64,000 bases of DNA from Candidatus Eiseniibacteriota bacterium (GTDB lineage: Bacteria; Eisenbacteria; RBG-16-71-46; CAVPCR01). The stretch lies in assembly GCA_963702435.1 (NCBI GenBank), contig CAVPCR010000001.1, positions 1,472,001 through 1,536,000 of the forward strand, in the 5' to 3' direction. Below are positions 47,895-58,059 of the stretch, in pieces. Below the pieces are notes generated by a model. It had not been told where the DNA came from. It was given only the letters and a program-made list of their open reading frames with translations, and ran no database searches. Both the position numbers and the translations under genes were made by a program. Position 1 is the first letter of the stretch. Each line of letters starts with the position of its first letter.

Positions 47895-50066
47895 TCACGA
47901 TTCTCCGCCCGGGAGCATGGCCGCGAGGGTGAAGCGGAAGGTGGCGCCGGTCATCGTCTCGCGATCCGCGGGCTCCGCATCCGCCCACAACCGCCCGCCG
48001 TGCGCCTCCACGATCGAACGGCTGATCGGCAAACCCAGTCCCATCCCCGACTCCTTCGTCGTGTAGAACGGCTCGAACAACCGCTTCCGCTCCGCCGCCG
48101 TCAACCCCCGCCCCGTGTCGCTCACCGCCACCTCCACCTCCCCGTCCTTCACCACCTGCGTCCGCACCGTGATCCGCCGCTCGCCCTCGCTCCCCTCGCC
48201 CATCGCCTCCCAGGCATTCCGCAGCAGGTTCAGTATCACCTGCTGCACCTGCACCGCGTCCGCCCGCACCGCCGGCAGCTCCGCCCCCAGGTCCAGCTCC
48301 ACCTTCACCCGCCGCACCCGCACATCCGCCGCCGCCAGCTCCACCACCGCCTGCACCAGCCGGTTCACGTCCTCCGCCCGTCGCTCCGTCTCTCCCCGCC
48401 GCGCGAACGCCCGCCACTGATGGATGATCCGCCCCGCCCGCGCCGCCTCCGCCATCGCCTCCTCGAGCGCCCCACCCAGCGCCGGCGGCATCACCGTGCG
48501 CTCCGCGCTCAGCAGCCGCCGCCCTGCATCCAGGTAGTTGAGCACGGCCGTCAGCGGCTGGTCCAGCTCGTGCGCCAGCCCCGACGCCATCTCCCCGAGC
48601 GTCGACAGCCGCGCCGCGTGCGCCAGCTCATCTTGTAGTCGCTTGAGCCGCTCCTCCACCGCCTTCCGCTCGCTCACGTCGCGCATCACGGACACGATCT
48701 CGCGGCAGGCGCCTCCGTCCTCGGCGACTCGCCGGGCGTTCACCTCGACCCAGCGATAGCTGCCGGCCTTGTGAGCCAGGCGAAAGCTCACGGTCACCCG
48801 CCCCGAACCGGCGAGGACCTCCTGGTGAGCCAGGGCCACGATCTGCAGATCATCCGGATGCACGAGCTTGTAGTTCGCCAGCCCGATGAGCTCCTCGGGC
48901 GCGAAACCCAGGATGTTCCGGTAGGCCGGCGACACGTACTGGTAGCGGCCGTTCACATCGAACCGTGCGATGCCGTCGGTCGCGTTCTCGGCGAGGAGGC
49001 GATAGAGATCGACGCTCCGCTGGAGCGACTCGTCGGCGCGCATCCGCTCCGCCACCTCGCGCTTCAGCTCCTCGTTGGCCCCGCGCAGCTCCGCCGTGCG
49101 CTCCGCCACCCGCAACTCGAGATGGTCGAGGAGACGCTCGAGCTCGCCGTGCGCTTCGTTGAGCTCCTCGTGCGCATGCTTGAGCGACTCGTGCGACTCC
49201 CGCGCCGCCGCTTCCGCTCGGTTACGATCCGTGACGTCGAGGGCCAGGCCGAGGACGCCGATCGTGCGGCCCGTCGCGTCGCGGAGCGGCTCCACGTGCG
49301 ACTCGAAGGCGCGCCCCGCCCAGTGGCCCTCGTAGGTGACCGCCTCCCCGGCCAGCGCGCGCCGATGCGCAGCGATCGGCGGGAAGTCCGGGTCCTCCGT
49401 CGCGAAGTAGTCCGCGAGCCGCATGCCCAGGACCTCGTTCGGCGCCCGGCCGATATCGGCCAGGCCGCGCCCGGTGCTCGACATGAAGACGAGATCCCGA
49501 TCGGTGGTCCAGATCACCGCCGGCAGCTGTTCGGCCATGAGCCGGAGTAGGGCCTCGCGCTCGCTCTCGGCGTCGGCAGCGAGCTTCAACTCGGTCACGT
49601 CCTCGGCGATCCCCACGTACCACTCGCCGCGCTCCGGCACGGTGACGACGACCCCGGAGCTGCGGAGCCAGCGGATCGTGTCGTCCGGGCGGACGACGCG
49701 GAAGATCGTGTATCTCGGATCCGGGATCTGACCGCTCAGGCGCGCGGCGACCGCCGCGAGCACGCGCTCCCGATCGTCGGGATGAATGGCGGCGATCCAG
49801 GACCGCGTATCCGCGTAGATGCTCGCGCGCGAGCGCCCGAGGATGCGCTCGGTGGCCGGACTCAGGTAGATCATGCGGCTCTGGTCCGGCGTGATGATCC
49901 AGAAGACCCGGTCGAGATTCTCGACGATCGTCCGGAACATCGCCTCCCGCTCGCGCTCCGCACGGAGCTCCGCATCGCGCTCGCCGATGGCGCGCTCGAC
50001 GGCGGCGATGCGGGCCTTCAGGTCAGGGGGCTGCGGATCGATGGCGGCGGGCGGTTCGGTCGGCAT
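47895..50066 (-). CDS. Multi-PAS sensor histidine kinase (FixL-like), copy 2
   Basis: Same architecture, H-box HELDQPL; GGAGA RBS before ATG at 50066. Confidence 0.93.
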   Translation of the reverse strand: MPTEPPAAIDPQPPDLKARIAAVERAIGERDAELRAEREREAMFRTIVENLDRVFWIITPDQSRMIYLSPATERILGRSRASIYADTRSWIAAIHPDDRERVLAAVAARLSGQIPDPRYTIFRVVRPDDTIRWLRSSGVVVTVPERGEWYVGIAEDVTELKLAADAESEREALLRLMAEQLPAVIWTTDRDLVFMSSTGRGLADIGRAPNEVLGMRLADYFATEDPDFPPIAAHRRALAGEAVTYEGHWAGRAFESHVEPLRDATGRTIGVLGLALDVTDRNRAEAAARESHESLKHAHEELNEAHGELERLLDHLELRVAERTAELRGANEELKREVAERMRADESLQRSVDLYRLLAENATDGIARFDVNGRYQYVSPAYRNILGFAPEELIGLANYKLVHPDDLQIVALAHQEVLAGSGRVTVSFRLAHKAGSYRWVEVNARRVAEDGGACREIVSVMRDVSERKAVEERLKRLQDELAHAARLSTLGEMASGLAHELDQPLTAVLNYLDAGRRLLSAERTVMPPALGGALEEAMAEAARAGRIIHQWRAFARRGETERRAEDVNRLVQAVVELAAADVRVRRVKVELDLGAELPAVRADAVQVQQVILNLLRNAWEAMGEGSEGERRITVRTQVVKDGEVEVAVSDTGRGLTAAERKRLFEPFYTTKESGMGLGLPISRSIVEAHGGRLWADAEPADRETMTGATFRFTLAAMLPGGES

Positions 50067-50263
50067 GGGGTCTCCGGACGGCGGCAGGGAGGTGGACGGC
50101 ATGTCCGAGATCGATGCCGGCGCGGGCATCCATGGTAGCCGCGAGTGGCGGCGGCGGCAACCTCCGCCCGAACCGCTTCCCGCACCCGCACCGTTCTGCG
50201 CTATCATGGTGGGCTTCCGCTCCGGTCCGGATCAGCCAACCTCCGCGTAGAGGAGTCCGCAAG

Positions 50264-52573
50264 ATGCCACTGGTCGAGAGCTCGCCTGCCTTCGTGAGCC
50301 GCGCCTACGTTCGCATGGAGGAGAACCTCCCGATCCTCCGCCGGCGCCTCGGCCGCCCGCTCACCCTCGCCGAGAAGATCCTCTACACCCACCTCGAGGA
50401 CCCCGAGCGCCAGGAGCTCGCGCCGGGGAAGGCCTACCTCGCCCTCCATCCCGACCGCGTCGCCATGCAGGACGCGACGGCGCAGATGGCGCTCCTCCAG
50501 TTCATGCAGGCGGGGCTCCCGCAGGTGGCGGTGCCGACGACCGTGCACTGCGATCACCTGATCCAGGCGCGCACCGGCGCCGCCGCCGACATGAAGCTCG
50601 CGCTCAGCGAGAACGGCGAGGTCTACGAGTTCCTGCGCTCGGTCTCGGCCAGGTACGGCATCGGCTTCTGGCAGCCGGGCGCCGGGATCATCCATCAGGT
50701 GGTGCTCGAGAACTACGCGTTCCCGGGCGGGCTCCTGATCGGCACCGACTCGCACACGCCGAACGCGGGCGGCCTCGGCATGTGCGCGGTGGGTGTGGGC
50801 GGCGCCGATGCGGTGGACGTGATGGCCGGCTTCCCGTGGGAGGTGCTCGCGCCGGAGCTCATCGGCGTCCGGCTCACCGGGGAGCTCTCCGGATGGACGG
50901 CGCCGAAGGACGTCATCCTCTACCTCTGCGGGCTCCTCACCGTGAAGGGCGGCACCAACAAGATCGTCGAGTACTTCGGCCCCGGCACGCGCTCGATCAG
51001 CGCGACCGGCAAGGGCACCATCTGCAACATGGGGGCCGAGCTCGGCGCCACGACCTCGGTCTTCCCGTTCGACGAGCGCATGGACGCCTACCTGCGCGCC
51101 ACGCAGCGCGCGGAGCTGGCCGATCTCGCCGCGAAGCACGCTCAGCTCCTCGCCGCCGATCCCGAAGTGGAGAAGGACCCGGAGAAGTTCTACGGGCAGG
51201 TCATCGAGATCGATCTCTCGCGGCTCGAGCCCCATGTCGTCGGCCCGCACACGCCCGATCTCGCGCGGCCGGTGTCGCGGCTCGCCGCCGACGCCGCCGC
51301 GGAGGGTTACCCCGACCGCATCTCGAGCGCCCTCATCGGGAGCTGCACCAACTCCTCCTACGAGGACATCGCGCGCGCGGCCGACGTCGCCGCGCAGGCG
51401 ACCGCGCACCGGCAGCGCATGGCGACCCCGCTCCTCGTCACTCCGGGGAGCGACCAGATCTTCGCGACCATCCGCCGCGACGGGCTCATGGCCAAGCTCG
51501 AGGCGGTGGGCGGCACGGTGCTCGCGAACGCGTGCGGGCCGTGCATCGGGCAGTGGCAGCGCGACGACGTGAAGAAGGGCGAGCCCAACTCGATCATCAC
51601 CTCCTTCAACCGGAACTTCCCGGCCCGCAACGACTCGAACCCGGAGACGATGGCCTTCATCGCGAGCCCCGAGATCGTCATGGCCTACGGCCTCGCCGGC
51701 CGCCTCTCGGTGAACCCGCTCACCGATTCCCTGACCGCGCCCGACGGGACGACCTGGCGGCTCGCGCCGCCCGCGCCCGCGCCCGAGCTGCCGGCCGCCG
51801 GCTTCGCCGCCGCCGCGGACGGCTACGTGCCGCCGGCCGCGAAGCCCGACCTCGTCCAGGTGCGGATCGACAAGGCATCCAAGCGCCTCGCCGCGCTCGC
51901 GCCGTTCTCCCCGCCGCGCTTCGACAAGTTCTCGGAGATGCCGGTCCTCATGAAGACCAGGGGCAAGACCACGACCGACCACATCTCCCCGGCCGGCTCC
52001 TGGCTCCGCTTCCGCGGCCACCTCGACGCGATCAGCGACAACATGCTGACCGGCGCCACCAATGCCTTCTCCGGCGAGCGCGGCGCGACCATCGACCAGA
52101 CGACCGGCGAGCGCGGGAAGCCCGCGCCCGCGGTGGCGCGGCGCTACAAGGCCGCCGGCTTGAACTGGGTCGTGGTGGGAGACGAGAACTACGGCGAGGG
52201 CTCGAGTCGCGAACACGCGGCCATGTCGCCGCGACATCTGGGCGCCGTGGCCATCATCGCGAAGAGCTTCGCCCGCATCCACGAGACCAATCTCAAGAAG
52301 CAGGGCCTCCTGCCGCTCTCCTTCGTGAATGCGGCCGACTACGACCGCGTGCGCGAGACCGACCGCATCACGCTCGCCGACGCCGCCGTGATCGAGCCCG
52401 GCCGGCGGCTCTCCGCCGTGATCCTCCACGCCGACGGTTCGCGCGAGACGATCGAGCTCGCGCACACGCTGAGCCGCGAGCAGATCGCCTGGTTCCGCGC
52501 CGGCTCGGCGCTCAACCTCCTCCGCGAGCGGGAGGAGAAGAAGCAGCAAGGAACGAGCGCCGGGCGCCGATAA
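50264..52573 (+). CDS. acnA: Aconitate hydratase (mitochondrial-like type)
   Basis: DRVAMQDATAQMA, HCDHLI, GTDSHT, IGSCTNSS, ACGPCIGQW, TTDHIS, GEGSSREHAA. Confidence 0.93.
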   Translation: MPLVESSPAFVSRAYVRMEENLPILRRRLGRPLTLAEKILYTHLEDPERQELAPGKAYLALHPDRVAMQDATAQMALLQFMQAGLPQVAVPTTVHCDHLIQARTGAAADMKLALSENGEVYEFLRSVSARYGIGFWQPGAGIIHQVVLENYAFPGGLLIGTDSHTPNAGGLGMCAVGVGGADAVDVMAGFPWEVLAPELIGVRLTGELSGWTAPKDVILYLCGLLTVKGGTNKIVEYFGPGTRSISATGKGTICNMGAELGATTSVFPFDERMDAYLRATQRAELADLAAKHAQLLAADPEVEKDPEKFYGQVIEIDLSRLEPHVVGPHTPDLARPVSRLAADAAAEGYPDRISSALIGSCTNSSYEDIARAADVAAQATAHRQRMATPLLVTPGSDQIFATIRRDGLMAKLEAVGGTVLANACGPCIGQWQRDDVKKGEPNSIITSFNRNFPARNDSNPETMAFIASPEIVMAYGLAGRLSVNPLTDSLTAPDGTTWRLAPPAPAPELPAAGFAAAADGYVPPAAKPDLVQVRIDKASKRLAALAPFSPPRFDKFSEMPVLMKTRGKTTTDHISPAGSWLRFRGHLDAISDNMLTGATNAFSGERGATIDQTTGERGKPAPAVARRYKAAGLNWVVVGDENYGEGSSREHAAMSPRHLGAVAIIAKSFARIHETNLKKQGLLPLSFVNAADYDRVRETDRITLADAAVIEPGRRLSAVILHADGSRETIELAHTLSREQIAWFRAGSALNLLREREEKKQQGTSAGRR

Positions 52574-52583
52574 CTCGAACAAG

Positions 52584-53495
52584 ATGATCGCAGTCGCCAC
52601 CGATCCGGCCGCCATCGTCGCGGCGCTCGAGACCGACGGGCTCGTCCTGGTCGAGAACCTGGTGCCCCCGGCCACCCTCGCGGCGATGCAGGAAGCCTTC
52701 GCGCGCGTGCTCGGCCAGATGAACTGGAACACGTCGCCCGGCTACCAGCGCACCGATCGCCACCGGCTCATGGTCGAGGACATCCTGACCCTCGATCCCG
52801 CCTTCCAGACCCTCGGTCTCCATCCCTGCATCAAGGAGATCATGGGGCGTTACATCGGAGAGCACTTCGTGCTCTCCGAGGTGCGCGGCTGGGAGACGGT
52901 CGCCTCGCGCGAGAACTTCCATGGCTGGCACAACGACGCCTGGTACGACCACAGCCTGCCGGAAGTGCCGCGCGAGGTGAAGCTCGGGCTTTATCTCACG
53001 GATGTGGAGAGCGGGTACTTCTCGTACCTCAAGGGCACGCACGTCCAGAACCGCCACCGGCACTGGAACGACCGCGAGATCGCCCATCTCAAGGATCGCA
53101 TCGCCCACGTCAAGGGGCGGGCGGGGTCGACCTTCCTCTTCGACACGGCGGGCATCCACCGCCAGTCGAGCCCGGTGCTCAAGCCGCGACAGGTCGTCTT
53201 CTTCAACTACCACGACGGCCGGATCCCGCTCCAGGAGATCGACCGCCGCGCGTACCGCTACCACCCGCTGATCCTGAACGCGGCCTTCCTCGGCGATCTC
53301 TCCACGGAGGATCAGCGCATCCTCGGCTTCGGCAATCACAACAAGTACCAGCCCGGATACCGGCCGGAGCATCGCTACCGGCTGCTGGCGGCCGCGTACT
53401 CCTGGATGTTCACCCGGGTGCTCGAAGCAGAAAGCGCCCGCCGCTTCTTCGCGACGGGCGCCGGTTATGTGAAGCGAAAGCTGGGCTTGAGCTGA
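52584..53495 (+). CDS. Phytanoyl-CoA dioxygenase (PhyH)-family Fe/2OG oxygenase
   Basis: WHND, GLYLTDV, GTH, FDTAGIHR. Confidence 0.8.
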   Translation: MIAVATDPAAIVAALETDGLVLVENLVPPATLAAMQEAFARVLGQMNWNTSPGYQRTDRHRLMVEDILTLDPAFQTLGLHPCIKEIMGRYIGEHFVLSEVRGWETVASRENFHGWHNDAWYDHSLPEVPREVKLGLYLTDVESGYFSYLKGTHVQNRHRHWNDREIAHLKDRIAHVKGRAGSTFLFDTAGIHRQSSPVLKPRQVVFFNYHDGRIPLQEIDRRAYRYHPLILNAAFLGDLSTEDQRILGFGNHNKYQPGYRPEHRYRLLAAAYSWMFTRVLEAESARRFFATGAGYVKRKLGLS

Positions 53496-53499
53496 GGCG

Positions 53500-54063
53500 T
53501 CAGGGCTCCGACGCCGCCGTGATGAGGATCGCCTTCAACGTGTCGTAGTTGGCGGGAGTGGCCAGGTTGTTCGTCGTGAGGTTGTAGACTCGCTCCACCC
53601 GGTTGTCCGGATCGAGCACGAATACATCACGGTACACGACCCCCCAGGACGTCCATGCGCTGTCCGCGACTGTATCCTGGAGCCAGGGCAGGTGCCGCCC
53701 GGCGCAGACCGCGGCGTTGCCGGCCTCCGCACCGGCGGCGTTCACGCCGAGGATGTGCACCGCACGCGGCAGGTTCTCGTCGTCGAGGTCCGTCTGGAGC
53801 GAATCGAGGTAGCCGAACTGGCTACTGCAATAGCTTCAGGTGGCGGCCCCGAAGTACCAGGCCGAGATCTGGTCCTCGTACTGGCGCGGCGACACCTGCT
53901 GATTGTGGGTGGCCGAGTTCTCGTTCACGTCGAGGAGCGAGAAGTCGGGCACCACGCCCGCCGGCGGCTCCGGCTGGTTGGGGGCCTCGTCGTCGTCGCA
54001 GGCGAGGACCGCGGCCAGGGCCACGGCCAGGGCACCGGCGAGCACCCAGCGCGGAACTTTCAT
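53500..54063 (-). CDS. Thioredoxin-fold (AhpC/TSA-like) lipoprotein, probable selenoprotein (UxxC)
   Basis: In-frame TGA at 53836-53838 in WYFGAAT-U-SYC joins two track ORFs; PDFSLLDVN, WGVVYRDVFVLD; lipobox VLAC. Confidence 0.82.
53809..53825 (-). promoter_or_regulatory. Candidate bacterial SECIS hairpin
   Basis: GUAGCC-AGUUC-GGCUAC starting 10 nt 3' of the in-frame UGA. Confidence 0.6.
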
Positions 54064-54136
54064 CGACTCCTCCTTGGATCGGCCTCAGGTCAACATCAGC
54101 CGTGAATTCTAGCACGACCCGGCGGGCCGAGGGCCA

Positions 54137-56011
54137 CTACGGCCGGCGAGCGAGCTCGGTGAGGCGCTCGCGGAGCGCCACGGCTTGCGCTCGTGCCGGC
54201 GAATCAGGCGCCATGCGCAGGTAGGCCTCCACTTCCGCCTTCGCCGCCGCATAGCTCCCCAGGTTCCCGAGTGCGAGCCCGTGATAGAGACGCACTTCCG
54301 CGTTCTCCGGCGCGAGCATCGCGGCCCGGGCGAGCAGCGGCTCGGCCGCGGCGAACTCCCCGCGATCCACGAGCACGATGCCGAGATTGCCGTTCACGAC
54401 CGGATGCGCCGGATCGAGCGAGAGGGCCTTCCTCCACTCGATCGTCGCGGCGTCCATCTCCCCCGTCCGGGCCAGACTGGTCCCGAGATCCGCGAGCGCG
54501 TCGGCATAGAGGGGCGGCGGGGCCGCCAGCGACGGATCGGGATTCCCCTGCAGGATCTCGAAGAGATGACCTTGGTCGTCATGCCCGAAGAAGAAGGCAG
54601 GATGCCGCGCCGCCGGCGTATAGCTCGACAGGAGCCGCGCCTCGAGCCCCGGCGTGGCGAACCACACATTCAAGGCGCGCCTCTCGACGAGCTGGAAGCC
54701 GAGCCCCGCTGGAACGTTCCAGAAGTAGCAGCGCGCGCTGTCCGGGAAGGCAGGATGGAAGCGCGCCAGATCGTCGCGGAATGCGGTCAGGTATCCCGAT
54801 GCCCGCCTCACCTCATGGGCGTCGAAGTGGCGGGCGGCATGCTCGCGCCCGGCGGCGGCAAGGAGGCCCGCGACAGCGAGGACCGTGAACACGGCGACGA
54901 AGGGGCGGCCGCGGCGGCCGCCGGCCTGGTGCAGCGTAAGGAGAAGCACGACGGCTGCGAGCGACGCACCGAGCGCAGGGTAGTAGGCGTAGTGCGAGAA
55001 GGGGCTGACGACGGCGATGACGGGCAGAATGCCGGCCAGGGACCAGAAAGCGACGGCCGGCAGCAGCGCGAGCCCGGCGGCGGACGGCCAGCCGAGCCCC
55101 GCGATCGCGGCGAGCGCCCCGCCGGCGAGCGCGATCGTCGCCGCGGTCGCGAGCGCCCCGTATGGCCATGCGAATCCGGTGGTCGGCTCGGCGAGAACGA
55201 GCGTCTCGAGCGTGAAGATCACCGTCCCCGGATCGAACCGCCCGAGCAGGTTCCGGCGCCCGAGCTCCGTCGCATGAATCCGGCTCCCCAGATCGTTCCA
55301 CGGGAGCCAGCGATTGCCGGCGGCCCACGCGGCGGCGACCACCATGGCTCCGGCCTGGCGCCGCGCGGCCCGCGCGAGGGGTACGCGCTCGACGCACACA
55401 TCGAAGAGCCAGAGCACGACCGGGATGAAGATCACGGTCTCCTTGGCCAGGAGCGCGACAGCGAATAACACCATGTAAAGAACGCGCCGGCTCGTGAGAT
55501 GCGCCAGGATCGCTGCCAGCCCGAGCGTGGTCGCGAGGAGATCCTGGATTCCCGAGATCCAGGCCACGGGCGTGCCAGCCGCCGGATGGATCGCGAAGAG
55601 CAGAGTCGCGAGCAGCGCCGGCCCTTCGACGCTGCTGGGCGCCGGAGCGTCCTCGTGCGAGCAGCAAGCCGCCAGCAAGCGGCGCGCGACGAGGAAGAAG
55701 AGAACCAGACCGCCGAGCGCCACCGCCAGGTTCGCCGCGTGAAAGGCGGCCGCCTCGTGGCCGGCGAGGCGGAGCCCGAGCCAGAAGTAGAGGTTCCGCG
55801 TCAGCGGGCGATAGTAGCCGCCGAGCGCGTCCGCGAAGCTCCATTGGTCGATGAATCCGCTCGCACGCGCTCGCTCGAGGAACATGAAGTCCTCGTTGAC
55901 CCATGAAACGTCGAAGACCCAGACATAGCGGACGAGGAAGAGGATGCCCACAAGGGCGAGACCGCCGAGTGCGCGCCCGGTCGGGGGCGGATATCGGTGC
56001 ACCGCGTTCAC
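54137..56011 (-). CDS. Multi-pass membrane protein (GT-C/PMT-like) with C-terminal TPR
   Basis: ED..FL, YYRPL, FHAANL, FAIHP, LLAKE; TPR-like helices at the C-terminus. Confidence 0.75.
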   Translation of the reverse strand: MNAVHRYPPPTGRALGGLALVGILFLVRYVWVFDVSWVNEDFMFLERARASGFIDQWSFADALGGYYRPLTRNLYFWLGLRLAGHEAAAFHAANLAVALGGLVLFFLVARRLLAACCSHEDAPAPSSVEGPALLATLLFAIHPAAGTPVAWISGIQDLLATTLGLAAILAHLTSRRVLYMVLFAVALLAKETVIFIPVVLWLFDVCVERVPLARAARRQAGAMVVAAAWAAGNRWLPWNDLGSRIHATELGRRNLLGRFDPGTVIFTLETLVLAEPTTGFAWPYGALATAATIALAGGALAAIAGLGWPSAAGLALLPAVAFWSLAGILPVIAVVSPFSHYAYYPALGASLAAVVLLLTLHQAGGRRGRPFVAVFTVLAVAGLLAAAGREHAARHFDAHEVRRASGYLTAFRDDLARFHPAFPDSARCYFWNVPAGLGFQLVERRALNVWFATPGLEARLLSSYTPAARHPAFFFGHDDQGHLFEILQGNPDPSLAAPPPLYADALADLGTSLARTGEMDAATIEWRKALSLDPAHPVVNGNLGIVLVDRGEFAAAEPLLARAAMLAPENAEVRLYHGLALGNLGSYAAAKAEVEAYLRMAPDSPARAQAVALRERLTELARRP

Positions 56012-58059
56012 TTCCAGCCCGCGGTCAGGCCGAACGACCAGTAGCGCGGAAGCCCCGGCTCGTAGTACTCGCCGTCGACGCCGTTCAGGAACACCGAGGC
56101 CGTGTAGCGCTGGCCGGTCAGGTTCTCGACCCCGACGAAGCCGCCGAGCGACACGTCCCCCACATCGCGCGCGTAGCTGGCTCTCGCCCCGAGGAGCGTG
56201 TAGGGCTCGGTCGCCGCCGTGTTGGCGTCGTCGGCAAAGTAGTCGTCCGCATGGTCGACGATCATCTCGGCCGAGAGCCCGAACGGCGCCTGGTAGCGCC
56301 CCGAGAGCCGAAGGACCCCCGCGGGCAGGCCCGGCACCTCGTTGCCGGCGTAGTTCCCGCGATCGTTTTCATAGATGACGTAGCGATTGCGGCTCCAGGT
56401 GAATGCGGCGCCGAGCACGAGCCGGTTCGCGAAGAGCCAGTCGAGCCCGCACTCGAACCCCTGGCGCCGGGATCGTCCTGCCGTGTAGTAGTAAGCACCG
56501 CCGTCGAAGGGGACGATCTCGTCGTGGACGTCGATCCAGTAGAGCGCGAGGTCGTAGCGGAGCCGGCCGAGATCGCGCGCCGCGAGTTCAAGGTCCGTCT
56601 CGCCGCGCGCCCCCAGTTCGTAGGTCGTCGAGCGCATCGGATCGAGGAACGGGTTCAAGGTGGTCAGCGTGTCGTAGGGCGCGGGCGGATCCACCTCGTT
56701 GAAGGCGGGGCTCTCGACCCCGCCGCCCAGCGCCGCGAACACGATGAAGCGGTCGGTCTCGTAGGCGAGGGACGCCTTCGGCGTCACCCGCGAGAAGGTC
56801 ATCTCGGCGTCGAGGGCGGGCTCCATCCGATCCTCGGCGACATACCAGATGTTGTCGTAGCGCGCCGCGAGCCGCGCCGACCAGCGCTCCTTCCAGACGA
56901 CCTCCTCCTGCACGAAGACGCCGGCCGTGTTCGCCCCCTCGCGCTGGTTGGCGAGGAGCTCGTCGCCTCGCGCGCCGTACGGAACCAGGTTGTAGAAGAG
57001 AACCGTCCCGTCCTGCCACGCCTCGTCGGCGCCGACCATGAGCGTGCTCCGGAGGTCGCTCGCGAGCGGCGCGTGCCATGCATAGGACGCGCTGCCGCCG
57101 ATGTGGTAACGCGTGAAGTCGCGGAACCGGTTCCGCTCCGAGCGCTCGAGAACCTTGGGCTCGAGGTAGAAGGCGAGCGCGAGCTCCTGGTCGCCGCCGG
57201 CGCCGCGATCGAGGGTGAGCGCCATACGGCCGATCCGGTTCCGCCGCCTTTCATTCCGCGCGGCGAAGTCCGCGTTGGCCTGTTCCGGCGCCGAGTCGGC
57301 CTCCGCCGCGGTGAGCGGGCCCGGAAACTGATTCAGGTCGCTCACCGCGTCGAGGGACACCCCGAGCGCGGTCTCGCCGCCGAGCCGGCCCTTCAAGCGG
57401 ACCATGGCCTGGAACGCCGTGCTCTCGCTGTGCTCGCGCCAGCCGTCGAAGTCGTAGTTCTGGAGCGAGGCGACGCCCCGCCCGGTCTCGCCCAGGCGGA
57501 AGCCGCCGAGGATCTGCTCCTTGTGATAGCCGAAGGAGCCGGCCCGCTCCCGCAGCTCGAGGTAGGGCGACTCGAAATCGAGATCCGTGCGCAGATGGAT
57601 CACCCCACCCGAAGCGTTCCCGTAGAGCACCGAGGCGTTCGAGCGCAGGACCTCGATGCGATGGGTGCTCCCGAGATCGACCAGGTCGAGCCCGGTCCGA
57701 CCGTCGGGCTCGGTGAGCGGAACGCCGTCGGATAGAACACGGATGCCGCGCACGCCGCCCGAGTTCGAGCGTTCCCCGTTGCCGCGCGCCCCGAAGCCGC
57801 GGATGGTGACCCGCACATCCTGGGCGCCGGCGCGGCTCTGCACGAGCACGCCGGGCTCGGCGCCGAGGGCGTCGGCGAGCGAGATGCCGCGGGTGTCGTC
57901 GTATCTCGCCCTGTCGACGACGCTCAGCGCGGCCGGCGTGCGCAGGATCGATTCGGGAAGGCGCGAGCCGGTGACCAGGATCTCGTGGAGCATGACCACG
58001 CCCGTGTCAGGCGGCGCCTGGGTCAAGACGAGAAGCGCTGCGCAGACGACCGGATGCAT
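56008..58059 (-). CDS. TonB-dependent receptor
   Basis: EILVTGSR, IRGFG, IEVLR..SVLYGNASGGVI plug; ENLT..Y..PGLPR tail. Confidence 0.9.
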   Translation of the reverse strand: MHPVVCAALLVLTQAPPDTGVVMLHEILVTGSRLPESILRTPAALSVVDRARYDDTRGISLADALGAEPGVLVQSRAGAQDVRVTIRGFGARGNGERSNSGGVRGIRVLSDGVPLTEPDGRTGLDLVDLGSTHRIEVLRSNASVLYGNASGGVIHLRTDLDFESPYLELRERAGSFGYHKEQILGGFRLGETGRGVASLQNYDFDGWREHSESTAFQAMVRLKGRLGGETALGVSLDAVSDLNQFPGPLTAAEADSAPEQANADFAARNERRRNRIGRMALTLDRGAGGDQELALAFYLEPKVLERSERNRFRDFTRYHIGGSASYAWHAPLASDLRSTLMVGADEAWQDGTVLFYNLVPYGARGDELLANQREGANTAGVFVQEEVVWKERWSARLAARYDNIWYVAEDRMEPALDAEMTFSRVTPKASLAYETDRFIVFAALGGGVESPAFNEVDPPAPYDTLTTLNPFLDPMRSTTYELGARGETDLELAARDLGRLRYDLALYWIDVHDEIVPFDGGAYYYTAGRSRRQGFECGLDWLFANRLVLGAAFTWSRNRYVIYENDRGNYAGNEVPGLPAGVLRLSGRYQAPFGLSAEMIVDHADDYFADDANTAATEPYTLLGARASYARDVGDVSLGGFVGVENLTGQRYTASVFLNGVDGEYYEPGLPRYWSFGLTAGWK

